Of a stretch of DNA of 64,000 nucleotides, positions 1-25,467 are shown one piece after another. The position numbers and the translations under genes are program-made. The stretch spans positions 2,170,001-2,234,000 of the forward strand of contig CAVNZM010000010.1 of NCBI GenBank assembly GCA_963693365.1. Direction: 5' to 3'. The first letter of the stretch is position 1. Each line of letters begins with the position of its first letter. The DNA comes from Amoebidium appalachense. Its lineage: Eukaryota > Protista > Ichthyosporea. The notes below the pieces were generated by a model. That model saw only the letters and a list, made by a program, of their open reading frames with translations. It did not search any database and was not told the origin of the DNA.

Positions 1-54
1 TGTGTGTGTCTGTGTGTGTGTGTATGTGTCTGTGTGTGTGTGTCTGTGAATGTG

Positions 55-141
<87 letters not shown>

Positions 142-294
142 TGTGTTCGTGTGTTCGTGTGTGTGTGTGTGCGCGCGCGCCCGCGCCCGCGTGTGTGTGT
201 ACGTGTGTGTGGTCACTGGGGCAAAATACAGCCAGCAGTCAGGTGTGACGGGTGTGTAAACGGACGAAAGCGGGGGGGGGGGGGGGGGGGGGGG

Positions 295-396
295 TTGTCG
301 ATTAAATATGCTACAGAGTGCAGACTACACCTTATTGAACAACAATATGCAGATTTCAAGACACACAAAAATGAATCATACGCAGAGCCCATCTTC

Positions 397-398
<2 letters not shown>
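295..398 (-). mobile_element. Truncated, divergent member of the poly(C)-anchored GATGGGCTCTG repeat superfamily
   Basis: Reverse complement begins GAAGATGGGCTCTGCGTATG and ends in a poly-C tract; resembles the copy at 47045-47150. Confidence 0.6.
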
Positions 399-427
<29 letters not shown>

Positions 428-454
428 AGGGGAGGGGGGGAGGGGAGAGCAAGT

Positions 455-488
<34 letters not shown>

Positions 489-617
489 ATGCTTGATGAT
501 GTGGTATTATAGATTTTTTTTAGTTTTTAGTTTTGGCAGCGGTGGGTTGGTGGGTGGGTGGGTGATTGGGGTGGTGGCAATGGTGGTGGTGGTGGTGGTG
601 TTATTAAGGGAAAGAGG

Positions 618-648
<31 letters not shown>

Positions 649-829
649 AGGGGCAGCCATGCAGATGCAGAGGAATCAGAGGGCGGAAGAAGAAGAGATT
701 GAGGTTTAAACACAAAACACGACAAAACCATCACAATTCAATTGCGCAAAGCCCCGCAATAGACACACTCGAGCAAGAGACTCGAACAAATACATCCCAA
801 GAGCTGGGGGGGGGGGGGGGGGGGGGGGG

Positions 830-960
830 TTTGAATGCGTTAAAAAGTACGAAGTACACAAGAACAAACGGATAACACGATGCAGAATGCAAGCCATACA
901 TAAAGAGTATGCATAATAAGCAGAGCCCATCCTCAGGGGGGGCCCACGTCATCCACAGTA
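830..960 (-). mobile_element. Poly(C)-anchored repeat, subfamily B (5'-truncated)
   Basis: Nearly identical in reverse complement to 32723-32830 (CTGAGGATGGGCTCTGCTTATTATGCATACTC...CGCATTCAAA-Cn); its 5' extension TACTGTGGATGA matches 40683-40694. Confidence 0.85.
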
Positions 961-1067
961 CCCGGGGGGGGGGGGGGGGGGGGGGAAGGGAGGGGGGAGG
1001 TAGGGATCTGGAGATGTGGCATGCTGGTAGGAGGAGAAGAACGGGGAGAGGGGTTTTGGCGGGCGGG

Positions 1068-1099
<32 letters not shown>

Positions 1100-1732
1100 A
1101 GGGGGGAAAAGGGAGTGTGGAAGGAGCAAGAATGGGCGCACGTGCGTATGTTGATGTTTTGTGGGTTTCTCTTCCTTTCCTTTTATCTTGTCCCCCCTTT
1201 CCCCCCTTCCCCTACAGGCACGCACGCACGCACGCACGCACGCATGCACGCACGCACGCACGCAAAAAAAAAAAAAAAAAAAGGGGGCAGCTCAAACTAC
1301 TCAAATTCAAATCATTGTGCACACAACCCAGTTTTCTTCTGCACCCCCTCTGCTTCTTACCCTTTTTTCCGTGTTGGAGAAGGCATAGTTCGCGGGAGGG
1401 GGGAGGAGGGGGGAGGCAGGGGTTGAAGGGGGGAGGGGGGAGGGGGGGGGGGGGGGAGCGGCTGGATAGAAAGTTCACGTGTGCGTCTGTGTGGTCTGTG
1501 CCTTTTTACCCACAAGACATTACACCCCCTCCCCTCCCAACCCCCCTCCCCCTCCCCCCTCTTCCCTTCTTTCCCCCCCCCCAATCACACACACAAAAAC
1601 CAAACACAAACATACCCCACAAACACCACCAGAACCATTTCACCACACCCACCCAAGCGTCTCTCTTTCCTTCACTCCCATCTTCATGTAGTGAAGGTGG
1701 TGGTGGTTGGGGGAGGGGGGGGGGGGGGGGTA

Positions 1733-1763
<31 letters not shown>

Positions 1764-1798
1764 GGGAGAAGGGGTACACCCACCGTAAAAAAACTCAC

Positions 1799-4700
1799 TG
1801 TGCGATCGGCAACGACTTGATCAGTTCAGCCAACTCCGGTATGGCCCAAACAGATCCACCAGCTGGCCCTCCCCCTCCATTTCATCTGTCGGCACCGCGA
1901 ATCGGCCCCTTCACCTACCCAGAAACAACTTGACAAACGGCACGAGCACGTCCCCGCTATCCCCACACTTCCTAAGGACGCTCAAAAGCAACACAAGCAC
2001 GTGCGTCCACCCGATTGGGCTATGGTCATACCACACTATCGCCCTAGACGCTTCCGCAAGCTTCCGCGGCAAGATCCTCGGGTCGGCAGCGGCCAACATG
2101 CACGCATCCAACAAAAAGATAACGAGAACGAGTGGGTCACGTCCGATCGGCACCTTCTCGCGCAAAAATTTAAGAATCGCCGCCGCGTTTTCTCCCTTGC
2201 CCTCTTCCGCGCGTGCGTGCAGCGCCACCCTTATCGACTCGTCCGTGTCGCCGTACTCGCACCAATCGAACGCCGCCATGAAGAACTCGCAGTCGTTGTC
2301 GTACCTCACGACGTCGAGCAGGAGCGCCTCCGACGTCTTTCCCGCACTCGCACCAGCCGGAAACACCGCCATGAGACGCCTCGCCAAGTCCAAATCGCCC
2401 CTCCTCACCGTGTCATTAACCAGCACGGCCCCCGACGACTTCACACACACCGCGGTTGGGCCTTTGCTCCCAGCTGCTCCGACACTATCTTCGACCGATT
2501 CTCCTTCACCACCACCATCACCGCTTTCACCGTCGTATTCTTTGCGAACGTTGGTACCTCCTAGCTCGTTGAGAACGCGCGCGACGGCAAGCGACAGCGG
2601 CGGTGAGACCTGGCGGCCACACAGCAAAAAAACGAAGACCGCGGTACACGGTCGTGTTGTAGAGCCCGCCCCCCGGCTCCTGCGACATCGATTTCCCGCC
2701 AACGCTATTCGACGCAAGCAGAACACCCTCGGCAAGACGGTCCGTCTCGCACGCCGCCAAAACCGCGACCGCCTCTTCGCTCTCAAATACGCCCGCCGTC
2801 ACGCATCGAAATATCGGCGCCACGGCGACCCCGTCCAAACTTACGCCGTCCGACAACCCCCGGGCGAGGTACGTAACATACCGCTCCTCGAGGTCGCAGG
2901 CGGCAACAACGGCCGTGGGCGAGTGCTGCTGCAAAAACATTAACCCTTGCTCCACGCGCCCAAGCTCAACCGACAGAACGACGGGGAAAAATTCGCGGTC
3001 TTCCTCCCACACCCACCACGACGCAGTTGTATCGGCGCTGAAAGGCAGGAAGAAGGCCTTCAGAAGGTTTTCCATCCTCGCGTTTCTCCAGCCTGCGGGC
3101 CACATAGACGGGTCGGGCACTGCACCGAAAACCGTGACCCGGTCCCACAGCCACAAACTGCCGTGGAAACCAACGTCTTGGCACCGGTCGATCTGCAACG
3201 CCTCGAGAACGACAGAAAAACACCCCTATTGGGCACCTGCGCCGCGTCGTTCTTCGCCGCCGCCGAAATCACCCTCCCCAAAACCTCCAATTTCTCGCCG
3301 TCTGACGACACGTCCCACGTCGACACGTCAAACGACCGCACGCCCAACCCGCCAAAAACCGGGTGCGCGAGCTCGGGAACGATACTGCGCAAAACATCAA
3401 GGGGGATGTGCCGCAACGCAACGTGGCTTACCTCCCCCAACAAAAGCCCCGTGGGTCGCATGCTGCACAACAGCAGCCTGAAAAAAACCTGCACGTCGAG
3501 GTCCCCGCCGCCGCCGTTTACGTATACGTTGACAAACTCCTCCACGGCTTCCCATTTTCCGTTCTCCGCCGCTATAAACATACGCCTCACGACCTTATCC
3601 ATCCCCGACCCTCCCGCCCCATTCCCCATCTCCCGAGTCCATGTCCACCCCGCGGCGCAACTTGCTCACGTGCGCAGGTTTCCTCTCCCGTGCTACCCAT
3701 TGGTCGTATGAAGCCGGGTATCCTCCCCGTTAAGGGCACGTGCAACCCACGGAACCACATCCCGGTGGTAAAACCCAGGCTGCTTGGCAATGACACGCAG
3801 GCATTCGGCGATGCCGGACACCAGCCCGTCCCAGAACTGCCAGGGGGTCGTAAGACAACTGCTCGCCTCCTCCGTAAAACACTGCTTGGGAGGCTTCGGC
3901 GGCCGCAGGCGCGTGTTGAACGTCCGCTGGTCAATCGAACCCTGCACGCGCGCAATGTTGGTGATGGTCATCAGCGCGCAGAACCCCACAAACGACGGCC
4001 GCGAGAGGAAATACTCGAGCATCGCCGGCTGCCCGCACTGGAGCGCCGTCCCCGTCACCTGCTCCATGTGCATCACCACATCCTTCGCCCCACCTACACA
4101 CCGCTGCGTGTACGTGCACTCGTTGCTAACGTGTCCGCACTCTTCGCACTCATCCCCGCATGACGCCCATGCCTGCGGGACGTTCACCTCAATGGTTGGA
4201 ATTAGCCTCTGCGCCCAATCCAACCGGTCGAACTCCAGGGCGCACTTGCAACAAACTCAACATCCTCATAACGGACAATGGTTCCGAACCCCCCTCGACT
4301 ACCTGCGAAAAAAGGCTGTTTGCAAGGGAATTATCGCCTCCGTTGTAAATCGCAACCAATCTAAGCGCAATGTGCGCAAGGGAAGACGGGACGATGAAAT
4401 CACCCAAATCCGGGACGACGCAGGACAATTCCTCCTTGCCAAGCACGGACCACAGCAACGTGCGAAAAAACAGTGTTGCGGAAGCGAGAACGTCGGGAGT
4501 CACCAGGCGGCCCAAAACATCTTTTGCCGTGTGTTTCGGGATGCTCTCAAACACCTCGAGAAGGGTATGTTGTGTGACATACAGTGACTTCGGCCTGTCC
4601 TCTTCCACTGGCGGAATCTGGCTCTGGATTAGAACCCCCTGTGCCATGTGGCCTGCCGTAACGCTGTGTATGAATGCATGTTTGACTATATCACAAATGG

Positions 4701-5555
4701 GCCCGTCCTGCCCCGGCTGCCCGACGGTTGCAAATAGCTGACTGAAGGGCATGCCGGGCAACAGCGCTGCAGAGTCGTAAAAACTGCTTGGTCACGGCTG
4801 CCGTGCTGGTTTGATCGACAAAACATACGTATTGTATCCAGCAATCCATCGTTCATGTTTTGCCACATGAGTTTGAAAAACGGATGTCCGAACGTGTTGG
4901 TCCAACGGCAGGTAGCCGTACTCGACGAATTTCGATCCACCACACATGGAAGCCGAACGCACGATCGGGTTTTGGAGGCTGACAGTTCGGGGCACACAAA
5001 GCATGGCGTTATGGCAACTAGGGTTCTGTCTTTATCCGCGATGCTAAGAGAGACGAAGAGGGATTCAGTTGTGGGGCACGGTGGCGCATGTTTGGAGGGA
5101 GGAAAGGAAGAAAAGGCGCTTTCTAGCTCGTTGTGACCGTAGGCAAGAGTGCACAACGACGCAAGGCGAAGGGTATGTTACGTGAATGAAAAACCGGGCG
5201 TGTCAAGAAAAAATTGGACGATGCCTCTGTAGCCAAATCCCGCTGCAACGCAAATAAGTGCGTTTGTGTTGAGCGAAGAAAAAAGATGTGACTGTTTGTC
5301 GCGCTGCTCATGCACCTTTTCGAGTGCAGAAAGAAGAACATGTTCGGGGAGGTGTGGGTTGTGGTTCCAGAAGACGAGTGTGTGTTGTGTGATTTTGCGT
5401 AAAAGTGAATCCTTGGTGGCGGCGGAAAGGCACCGTGAGGTCAAGGCAAGGGAGAGCAAATCTGACGCATGGTCCAAGTTGTCGATGATTAAAGCAAGGA
5501 TTTCGTCTGAGCGCGTAAAGATTGGGCATTCAGTAGGTGTCTCCACCCCAGCCAT
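1799..5555 (-). pseudogene. Disrupted intron-free gene for an N-terminal F-box-like + ankyrin-like repeat protein (giant-virus-like architecture)
   Basis: Microsatellite-free, CpG-rich 3.8-kb block. ATG at 5555 (AAAAATGG) opens MAGVETPTECPIFTRSDEILALIIDNLDHASDLLSLALTSRCLSAAT (F-box-like). Ankyrin-like segments ALICVAAGFGYRGIVQFFLD, TALQCGQPAMLEYFL, MFIAAENGKWEAVEEFV and VRRGDLDLARRLM lie in successive minus-strand ORFs (5178-5555, 4686-5156, 4189-4761, 3693-4223, 3060-3629, 2527-3198, 1911-2786). These are broken by in-frame stops (TAA 5178-5180, TAG 3693-3695, TGA 3666-3668) and frameshifts. Possible donor CA|GTGAGT at 1798. Confidence 0.55.
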
Positions 5556-6890
5556 TTTTATAAAGAAGGGGGTGGTGGGTGCTCTGCGATGTAGAGAACG
5601 GCACAAAAATAAAACTATAATCGGTCGAACACTATGGGCCAAAAAATCGTTTCGTGTAAAATTTTCGGATTTGCAAGTTGTGTGCTTGGAGTGAAGGGCA
5701 GACGGGAGCAAGTGATTTTGTTGGTGTCGGGACGGTTAAAGTAACTTCCATGCAAAAATGGGTTACTGTTTCCATAAAAGGTCAATTTGGAATCAGAGCA
5801 TTCACTTTGTAACCATATCTGGAAACATCTGCACTTCACCTGTATGGGGGTGCTTTAACGCTCGAAACTTCTGAGCCATAAAATGCGTTGCGGCCCGTCT
5901 ACATGCTTCAAAGTTCCTATCTGCCTATACCAGACAAGCTTGGGAGGCAGAAAAAACAGGTCTGTATGCTGCTTGTTAAGACTATAGATTGTGTTATTTA
6001 TTTATTTTTGGAGGGGGTTTGGAAGCGTGGGAGAGAGAGAAAGAAAGACGAAAGTTTTAAGCGAGAGGATGAGAGAAAGGGATGAAGGAAAGGCGATAAT
6101 GAGACGGATGTTGTTTAGAATAATTCTAAAGTTTTGGAAAGAGGGGGAGGAGGGGGGGATAAGAGTCTGGGGGTTGAATGTGATGTGTGTGGGGGGGGAT
6201 GGGGGAGGAGGGGGGGAGAGGGAGAAAAGGTGTGTGTGTGAGGGAGGGAGGGAGGGAGGGGGGAGGGAGGGGGTGGGGAAGACTGAGATAGATGGGGGAG
6301 GGGGGAAGAAAGAGGGAGGGGAGGGGGGGGGGGGGGGGGGGGGGGGGAGGTGGAGAGAGGAAGAGAGAGAGAGAGGGGGGGGGGGGGGGGGGGGGGGGGC
6401 AACGGGCTCCCTAGTTTTGCAAAAATAGGGGTTGAGGGGTAGAAGGGATCAGCTAGGGCTGGAAGAGCCGGTGGTGAATGAGCTTTGCTGACAAGGGTAA
6501 ACAATGATGGCGAGATGTTGGGGGGGGGGGGGGGGGGGGATGGGAAGGGGGAGGGAAGGGGGGGAGGGGGGGGGGGAGGAGGGGGGGGGGTTTGGGGGTG
6601 AGAAGGGCAGTGTCAGGTGATAGTCTTGTAGGGAGGATGGGTTTCAATTACCAGTGCAGGGAGTATGTCAGGGAAACAGGACGTGGTTATCTGCCTCCAC
6701 TGTGGCTTTGAACCCCCCTCCCCCCCCGACTCCCCCCTTTCCCCCCTTCCCTTCCCCTCCGCCCCCCGCCCACCCACCCACCCCCCCCCCCCCCCCCCCC
6801 CCCTCCCCTTCGCCCCCTGCCTTCCCCCTTGTATGCTTTCTGATCTCCCCCTCTAGCCTTCCTGACATTTCCTCTCCATCAGGACCAACC

Positions 6891-9360
<2,470 letters not shown>

Positions 9361-9865
9361 GAATAGAATCCAAGGCTTAAAATAGAGCGGGACGGGTGTG
9401 TTTTCTGGCAGGATAATGAGGTTGCGGTATATGTATTGCTCATTCCTTGCTGGGCCTGGCCTTTTATGATTCTCGTTTTATTTTCCCCCGTGTTTTTTTT
9501 TTCATTCACCATTCTTTTTACTATCTTTCTCTCTTTTTCTCTCTATCTTTCTTTCTCGCTCTCTGCAGTTTCCTGTCATATCCTCTCTTCTTCTTCTTCT
9601 CCTTCTCCTTGTTATAATCTTTCTTTTCAAACCTTTTTTAAGGCTTCTTTTGTTCATGGTAAACGTTCTGTGTAGCAGTTAAAATGGCCTGCTAATAGAT
9701 TACCATGGCTTTGGTGGTTTGGTCTAAGTGTAGGATAGTGCACACAAAGAAGCTTCGAACATTGGGGCTTCCTCACTATTAGACCGAATGCTAGCCCACC
9801 GTTAACCGTTGAAAATTACTTTAAAAAAAAAATAAAGGATTAAATGATCAGGCTAAAACGCTTCC

Positions 9866-9960
<95 letters not shown>

Positions 9961-10500
9961 ACACACACACCAGCACCACCACCACCACCCACCCACACAT
10001 TCCCTTTCAATGGCTCACGGCGGCTTATCGAGTTGACTCGGCCGAATCTCCGAGTCGGGTGCCGAGGATAAAACTTCCTCCCCTGAGGCCGGTGTGCTCT
10101 GTCATGTTGCATAAATGCTTCACGTAGGAGCACCCTTCCCGTACTGGCACGCTGCCTCTACTAATTAGTTACATGCAAATGTGCGCTTGAGCGTTGTATC
10201 ATGTGTTAGTTTGTGAGTTGCGTTTTACTCAGGGCCGTGTATCGTGTACAAATGTGCTTTAATCAAGCTTTTGTTTTGGGAAATGTGAGCATGTACTTTG
10301 TGCTGTGTTTGCGAAAAACGTGTGCTCGCAACTCTGCTATGTACTGTGTGCAGTTGTGAGTTTGTGCTTTGTGGGTTTGTGTTTTGTTCTGTGACTGTGA
10401 ACAGTCGGCCACATCCCCCTCCCCCCTCCCCCCCTCCCCCCCCCCCCCCCCCCCCCCGGCTTCCAGGAACACAGTCACACACGCGAGCGCACACTGTAAA

Positions 10501-10851
<351 letters not shown>

Positions 10852-11529
10852 AGTGAGTGAGAGAGAGTGTGTGTGTGCATGCACACATGAGAGAGGAGTG
10901 TATGACACGAGGGTATGCGTGTGCGCACCTGAAAGTCTCAGGCGGCAAAAGAAAACAGTGCACTACGCTGAGGAGCCGGCGCCTCCAGAATTCGCCAAGT
11001 CCCTTAGGACGAGTCCCTTGACCTGTGCTCATCGATTTCAGGCTGTTTACTAATATGAAGACTGTTCAGGATCCAGACTTGCATGACTGACGTCTTTTCA
11101 ACCGGGCCCCGGGTACTTTAATTACTATACGGTTAACGATCGAACATGCATCACTATGGTTACCCCGGGGGGATGGGGGGGGCCGGGGGGGTTAAGCAAG
11201 AGAAAAGGAGAAAAAAAGAAAGAGAGAAAAGAGAGAGAGAGAGAAAAGAAAGCCTTGAAAGATGATTGAGGAAGACGAGGGGAATTTTAGAGGGGAAGTG
11301 AGGGGCGGGAAAGCGAGGGGAAGGGGAGGGAGAGGGGGAGGGGGGAGGGGAGGGGGGGGGGGGGGGGAGGGGGAGAGGAGGGCCGGGGGGGTGGGGGGGT
11401 CCGGGGGAGGGGGGGGGGGGGGGGGGATATCTATCATACAGCACAACCTAGTTTTTCTACAGCGGGGGGGAGGGGAGGGGGGGGGGGGGGGGGGGGAAAG
11501 AAAGGGGAAGGAGGGTTTTTTTTTTTTTT

Positions 11530-11560
<31 letters not shown>

Positions 11561-11950
11561 GGTAGTTATGGGTCCTGGAGCTCGAGGGGCTTTGTATCGT
11601 AACAAGGCACCTCGGCGATTTGTTTTAGCAAATGGCTCTGGGTGACCAGGTCCCCTGTTCACCTCAACATTCCGTGCTCAAGACCTTGGCGTGACCCATT
11701 GCCCATGCGAGCACACGTGCAGAGACATGTTGGGTCGCCCAAAGGAAAAGTGTCCTAAAAATTGTGGGATTATATCGACGGATGCACAATATTATGACGA
11801 ATGCTCCAGCAGTGATAGCTAATATGGCTATTGCATGCCAAAATTGATGCGTCCAGGTGACTATGGAAGCCTGGGAGCTGACAAAGACGATCACCGTAGG
11901 GCCAGATATTACAAAGTGTGTTTGTGTGTGTGGTGGTGGTTTGGGGGGGG

Positions 11951-12198
11951 TGTCACAGGAAATTTTTGCACCGGGAATTTTTTGCACTGGAGGTTGATGT
12001 AATGATTGAAGTATTGTATCAATGGGGTTTTCACTGGATGTTTTGGTGCTCATTGGTCATGTTATCATTTAAATACGAATGACACGTTTCTAGTAGCCGT
12101 TTTTGTTGAGTTTCTAACAATTTTTGGGCAGCCAAAGAAGTTCAGCTTTATGTCTCCATAAACCCCCCCGTTACGGCGTAACAGGGGAGGAGGGGCGG

Positions 12199-12255
<57 letters not shown>

Positions 12256-12485
12256 TTAATTCAAGTGCAAGCTGGAGTCTGTACAGACTTAGTGACGATA
12301 CTCAGAATAGAGCTGAAAGCCTACAGAGAAACACATAACCACCTAAACATGGCAGAAGGTATTCACAAAAACAGAACAGAGACAGCTCTCCATCTCAACC
12401 AAGGTTAGCTAGGTAGCCTTTTTCTATGCAGTCTAGGAAGACGATCTATGGCAAAAATTTCCCGGTGCAAAAATTTCCTGTGACA
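11951..12485. mobile_element. Non-autonomous TIR DNA transposon (MITE) with TGT...ACA ends
   Basis: Left end TGTCACAGGAAATTTTTGCACCGGGAATTTTTTGC (11951-11985) is the inverse of the right end GCAAAAATTTCCCGGTGCAAAAATTTCCTGTGACA (12451-12485); inserted in a G tract. Confidence 0.85.
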
Positions 12486-12734
12486 GGGAAGGGGGGGAGG
12501 GGGGGGGGCGGGACGGAGGGGGAGGGGGGGGGGGGGGGGGGGGGGGCAGAGCAGGCCTCGGGATTTCTACGCGGGGGGGGGGGGGGGGGGGGGAGAAGGG
12601 TGAATTGATCGGGGAGGGGGGAGGGGGGGGGCGGCGGGGAGAGGGGATATCTCGAGGGGGACGAGAGAGAGAGGGGGGGGGGGGGAGGGGGGGGGGAGAG
12701 CCTCAGGTTGGAGGGGAAAGAGGTCGGAGCACGC

Positions 12735-12846
12735 CCAGGCAAAATTTCTGAGCAGGTGTGGCTATGGGTCGCCGTTGAAACATCGCCCAAATAAGTGCCG
12801 ATATTTGGGTGACCCATAGCCACACCTGCTCACAAAATCTGCCTGG
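12735..12846. repeat. Near-perfect 112-bp foldback (mini-MITE or hairpin RNA)
   Basis: CCAGGCAAAATTTCTGAGCAGGTGTGGCTATGGGTCGCC pairs with GGTGACCCATAGCCACACCTGCTCACAAAATCTGCCTGG; an inner alternative hairpin CGCCCAAATA/TATTTGGGTG is also present. Confidence 0.85.
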
Positions 12847-13084
12847 TATGCAGTGTACAATTGCTAAAAGAGCCCACCTTGTGTTCATAAACTTGCGTTA
12901 TAGACATCAATGTTGGTCATGCATGGTCGCTCGTCATCAGTTGCTTAAAAAATTGGACTTGCGCTGTCTTTAGCTATACCCATCTGATCTCTCCGACCTC
13001 TTCCGTCCCCCCCTCCCCCCCTCTCTCTCTCTCCCCCCCCCCCCCCCCCAATCAAAGGGAGGGGGAGGGGGAAGGGGGGGGGGG

Positions 13085-13120
<36 letters not shown>

Positions 13121-13926
13121 GGGGAGGGGGGGATTTCTGCGACATATCGTGCATCAGTCCGATCCCACACCCACACCCACACCCTTATCCAGACTATTCC
13201 ACCCACACCAACACAGACTTGAACATGTCTACACACCCACTTTCACACACAGACCCACACCCATGCCCACCCATCCACCCACCCACCCACCCACACGCAC
13301 CACCAACACCCACAAACACCCATGCCCCACACACCTCCACACACCGTTGACACAAACACCCACACCCACACATGCGCGTCCAACTAGTGCACATACTGTA
13401 ACAGCCCATCCCCCACACCTCACAACCTCACGCACAAACTACCGCATGTGTAAGGCGGGTTTCTTTCAGGTCGATTTATGGGGCTGGGCTTTTGGGTCAG
13501 GACAAAATACTGTTTGATACACATCATGGCAATTTGAAACACAAAGCGTATATCGCCTTCAGGTCTGACCCAACCAAGATCGCCAAAAGAAACCCCCTTT
13601 TACTTTTATCTGGTGCAACAGCCAGCTGTTACTCTGTGCCTGTCTCTACGGATAAATTTTCATAGGCACATACATGCTCACATCCCCTGCACTCATCAGC
13701 ACATACATGGGTCCCGCCCATGCTCCCTCTTAAAACTAAACACAGTATGTCAATGTACCACCAGTTACAGAATGACTTGTACAGAATTTAAACAAGGAAA
13801 TACATACGGTGTACATACGTGCCCATGCGAGTCACTGTGGATATGTTTACACACGTACACATAGACTCATTTAACCGTTAATGCATACATAATACACATG
13901 CCGCACACACGCGCACGCACACACAT

Positions 13927-13968
<42 letters not shown>

Positions 13969-13995
13969 CCCCCCCCCCCCCCCCCACACACACAA

Positions 13996-23622
<9,627 letters not shown>

Positions 23623-23762
23623 CTTCCTAACTGCATGGTGAAGGGGAAAAAAAAAGGGAGGGGAGGGGGGGGGGGGGGGGGGGGGAAGGAGGAAGGGAAC
23701 GGGAAGGGGTGCAAGGGTGTGCGTGTGCGTGGGGGGAAGGTGACGGGGGGGAGGAAGGGGGG

Positions 23763-24140
23763 GTTAGAATGTGGAACAGGGTACGAAGTACAGTTACACG
23801 ATAGGAAAATCGGTGCAGGGCACACGACACGTAATGGTGTGCAAAAGCAAACATGCAAGCATTCAACACCAGCTAGAAGTATTCAACATAAGCAGAGCCC
23901 ATCGTGGGGAAGGGGAGGACGGTGGGTTGGAACCTGTTACAGAGCACGAAGCACACATTTAGGGTTAAAAAAGGCAGGGGCCGGTGGGGGGGGGGGGGGG
24001 GGGGGGGGGGGGGAGAGGGGGGGGGGGAGGAGCGGTTGCATTTCAGAAAACACACATTCACGACCAATCAGCACAAAGCAAACTGACGGGAAAAGAGCAT
24101 GCACAAAGAACAGGCTTCACAGATAAAGCACATCCTCAAA
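23763..24140 (-). mobile_element. Cluster of three truncated poly(C)-anchored repeat copies in the UBA3 5' UTR intron
   Basis: Reverse-complement matches to GATGGGCTCTGCTTATG...CCACATTCTAA-Cn (23763-23905), TGTGCTTCGTGCTCTGTAACAGGTTCC (23925-23960) and TGAGGATGTGCTTT (24030-24140). Confidence 0.7.
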
Positions 24141-24455
24141 GGGGATTCAGGTAACGTACGATACCTGGGGGAAGGGGGATGGGGGTGGGGGTACCAATGA
24201 TTGAAGCGGTTGGTGTCAGATGATGAGGGGGTGGTGGTGCCCGAGGGGGGGGGGGGGGGGGGGGGGGGATGTGGAGGAAAAGGGAATGCTGGGTTGAGGT
24301 TGAAGGGGGGTGGAAAGGTGTGCGTGCAGGGCGGGTGGAGGTGGGGAGGGTGACTGAAAGGCACGAAAAGGAGGGAGAGCGTATTGAAATTGTAGATGGG
24401 TTGAAGGAAGAAGGGAAAGGGGTAGCCTCAAGAGGGGGACGGGAATGAGAGGGGC

Positions 24456-24919
<464 letters not shown>

Positions 24920-25467
24920 TGTGTGTGCGAGGGAGGGGGGGAGGGGAGGGAGAGGGAGTGAGAGAGCGAGAGAGAAAGCGAAGGGGGGGGGGGGGGTCGG
25001 GAGGAGGCGGGAGGGAGAGGGAGAGAGGCAGAGCGAGAGAGAGAGGAGAGATTGGGAGGAAGGGAGGAAAGGGCGGACGAAGGGAGGGAGGGAAGCCCCC
25101 AGCGATCTTTCCTTCCTTTCAGCATAAAAGGCCCTCTTGTCCACAGCGTTTACCTTTTAAACTGCCCGTGAAGTCCTGTGACGATAATCCAACCCTCAGG
25201 TGGTGGTGCTAATTCGCTTCTATGCAAGCTCTCCTTCCTTTGGGTAGTTTCGCAACTGCAAAAAAGATCCCTTGTATCCCTTCTTGTCGAAGGGGACGTG
25301 GAGTGAAAAAAATGAGCGTGCAGGTTCGAGCATGGATATCTGCGTGAGTGGTCACTTTTTATCTAGCTTTTCTACTTTTTTAGGTTGAAATTGTCACCAT
25401 AACAAACAAAGTTCTACTCCCTCTTAGTTCTCCCAAAGGTGTCAAAACAGCTTCTGAGGTTCTCTCT

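Noticed and set aside
1930-4741. Long plus-strand ORFs (337, 254, 266, 267 aa)
   Set aside because: They are antisense shadows of the GC-rich minus-strand pseudogene with no recognisable motifs.
5178-5180. Stop-codon reassignment or readthrough explaining the in-frame TAA
   Set aside because: RIB4 ends in TAA and UBA3 and the F-box gene end in TAG; frameshifts in the same block indicate decay.
11664-12053. 129-aa minus ORF with a hydrophobic segment
   Set aside because: Its 5' third lies inside a MITE, with no recognisable domain or supporting exon chain; a small exon at about 11664-11870 cannot be excluded.
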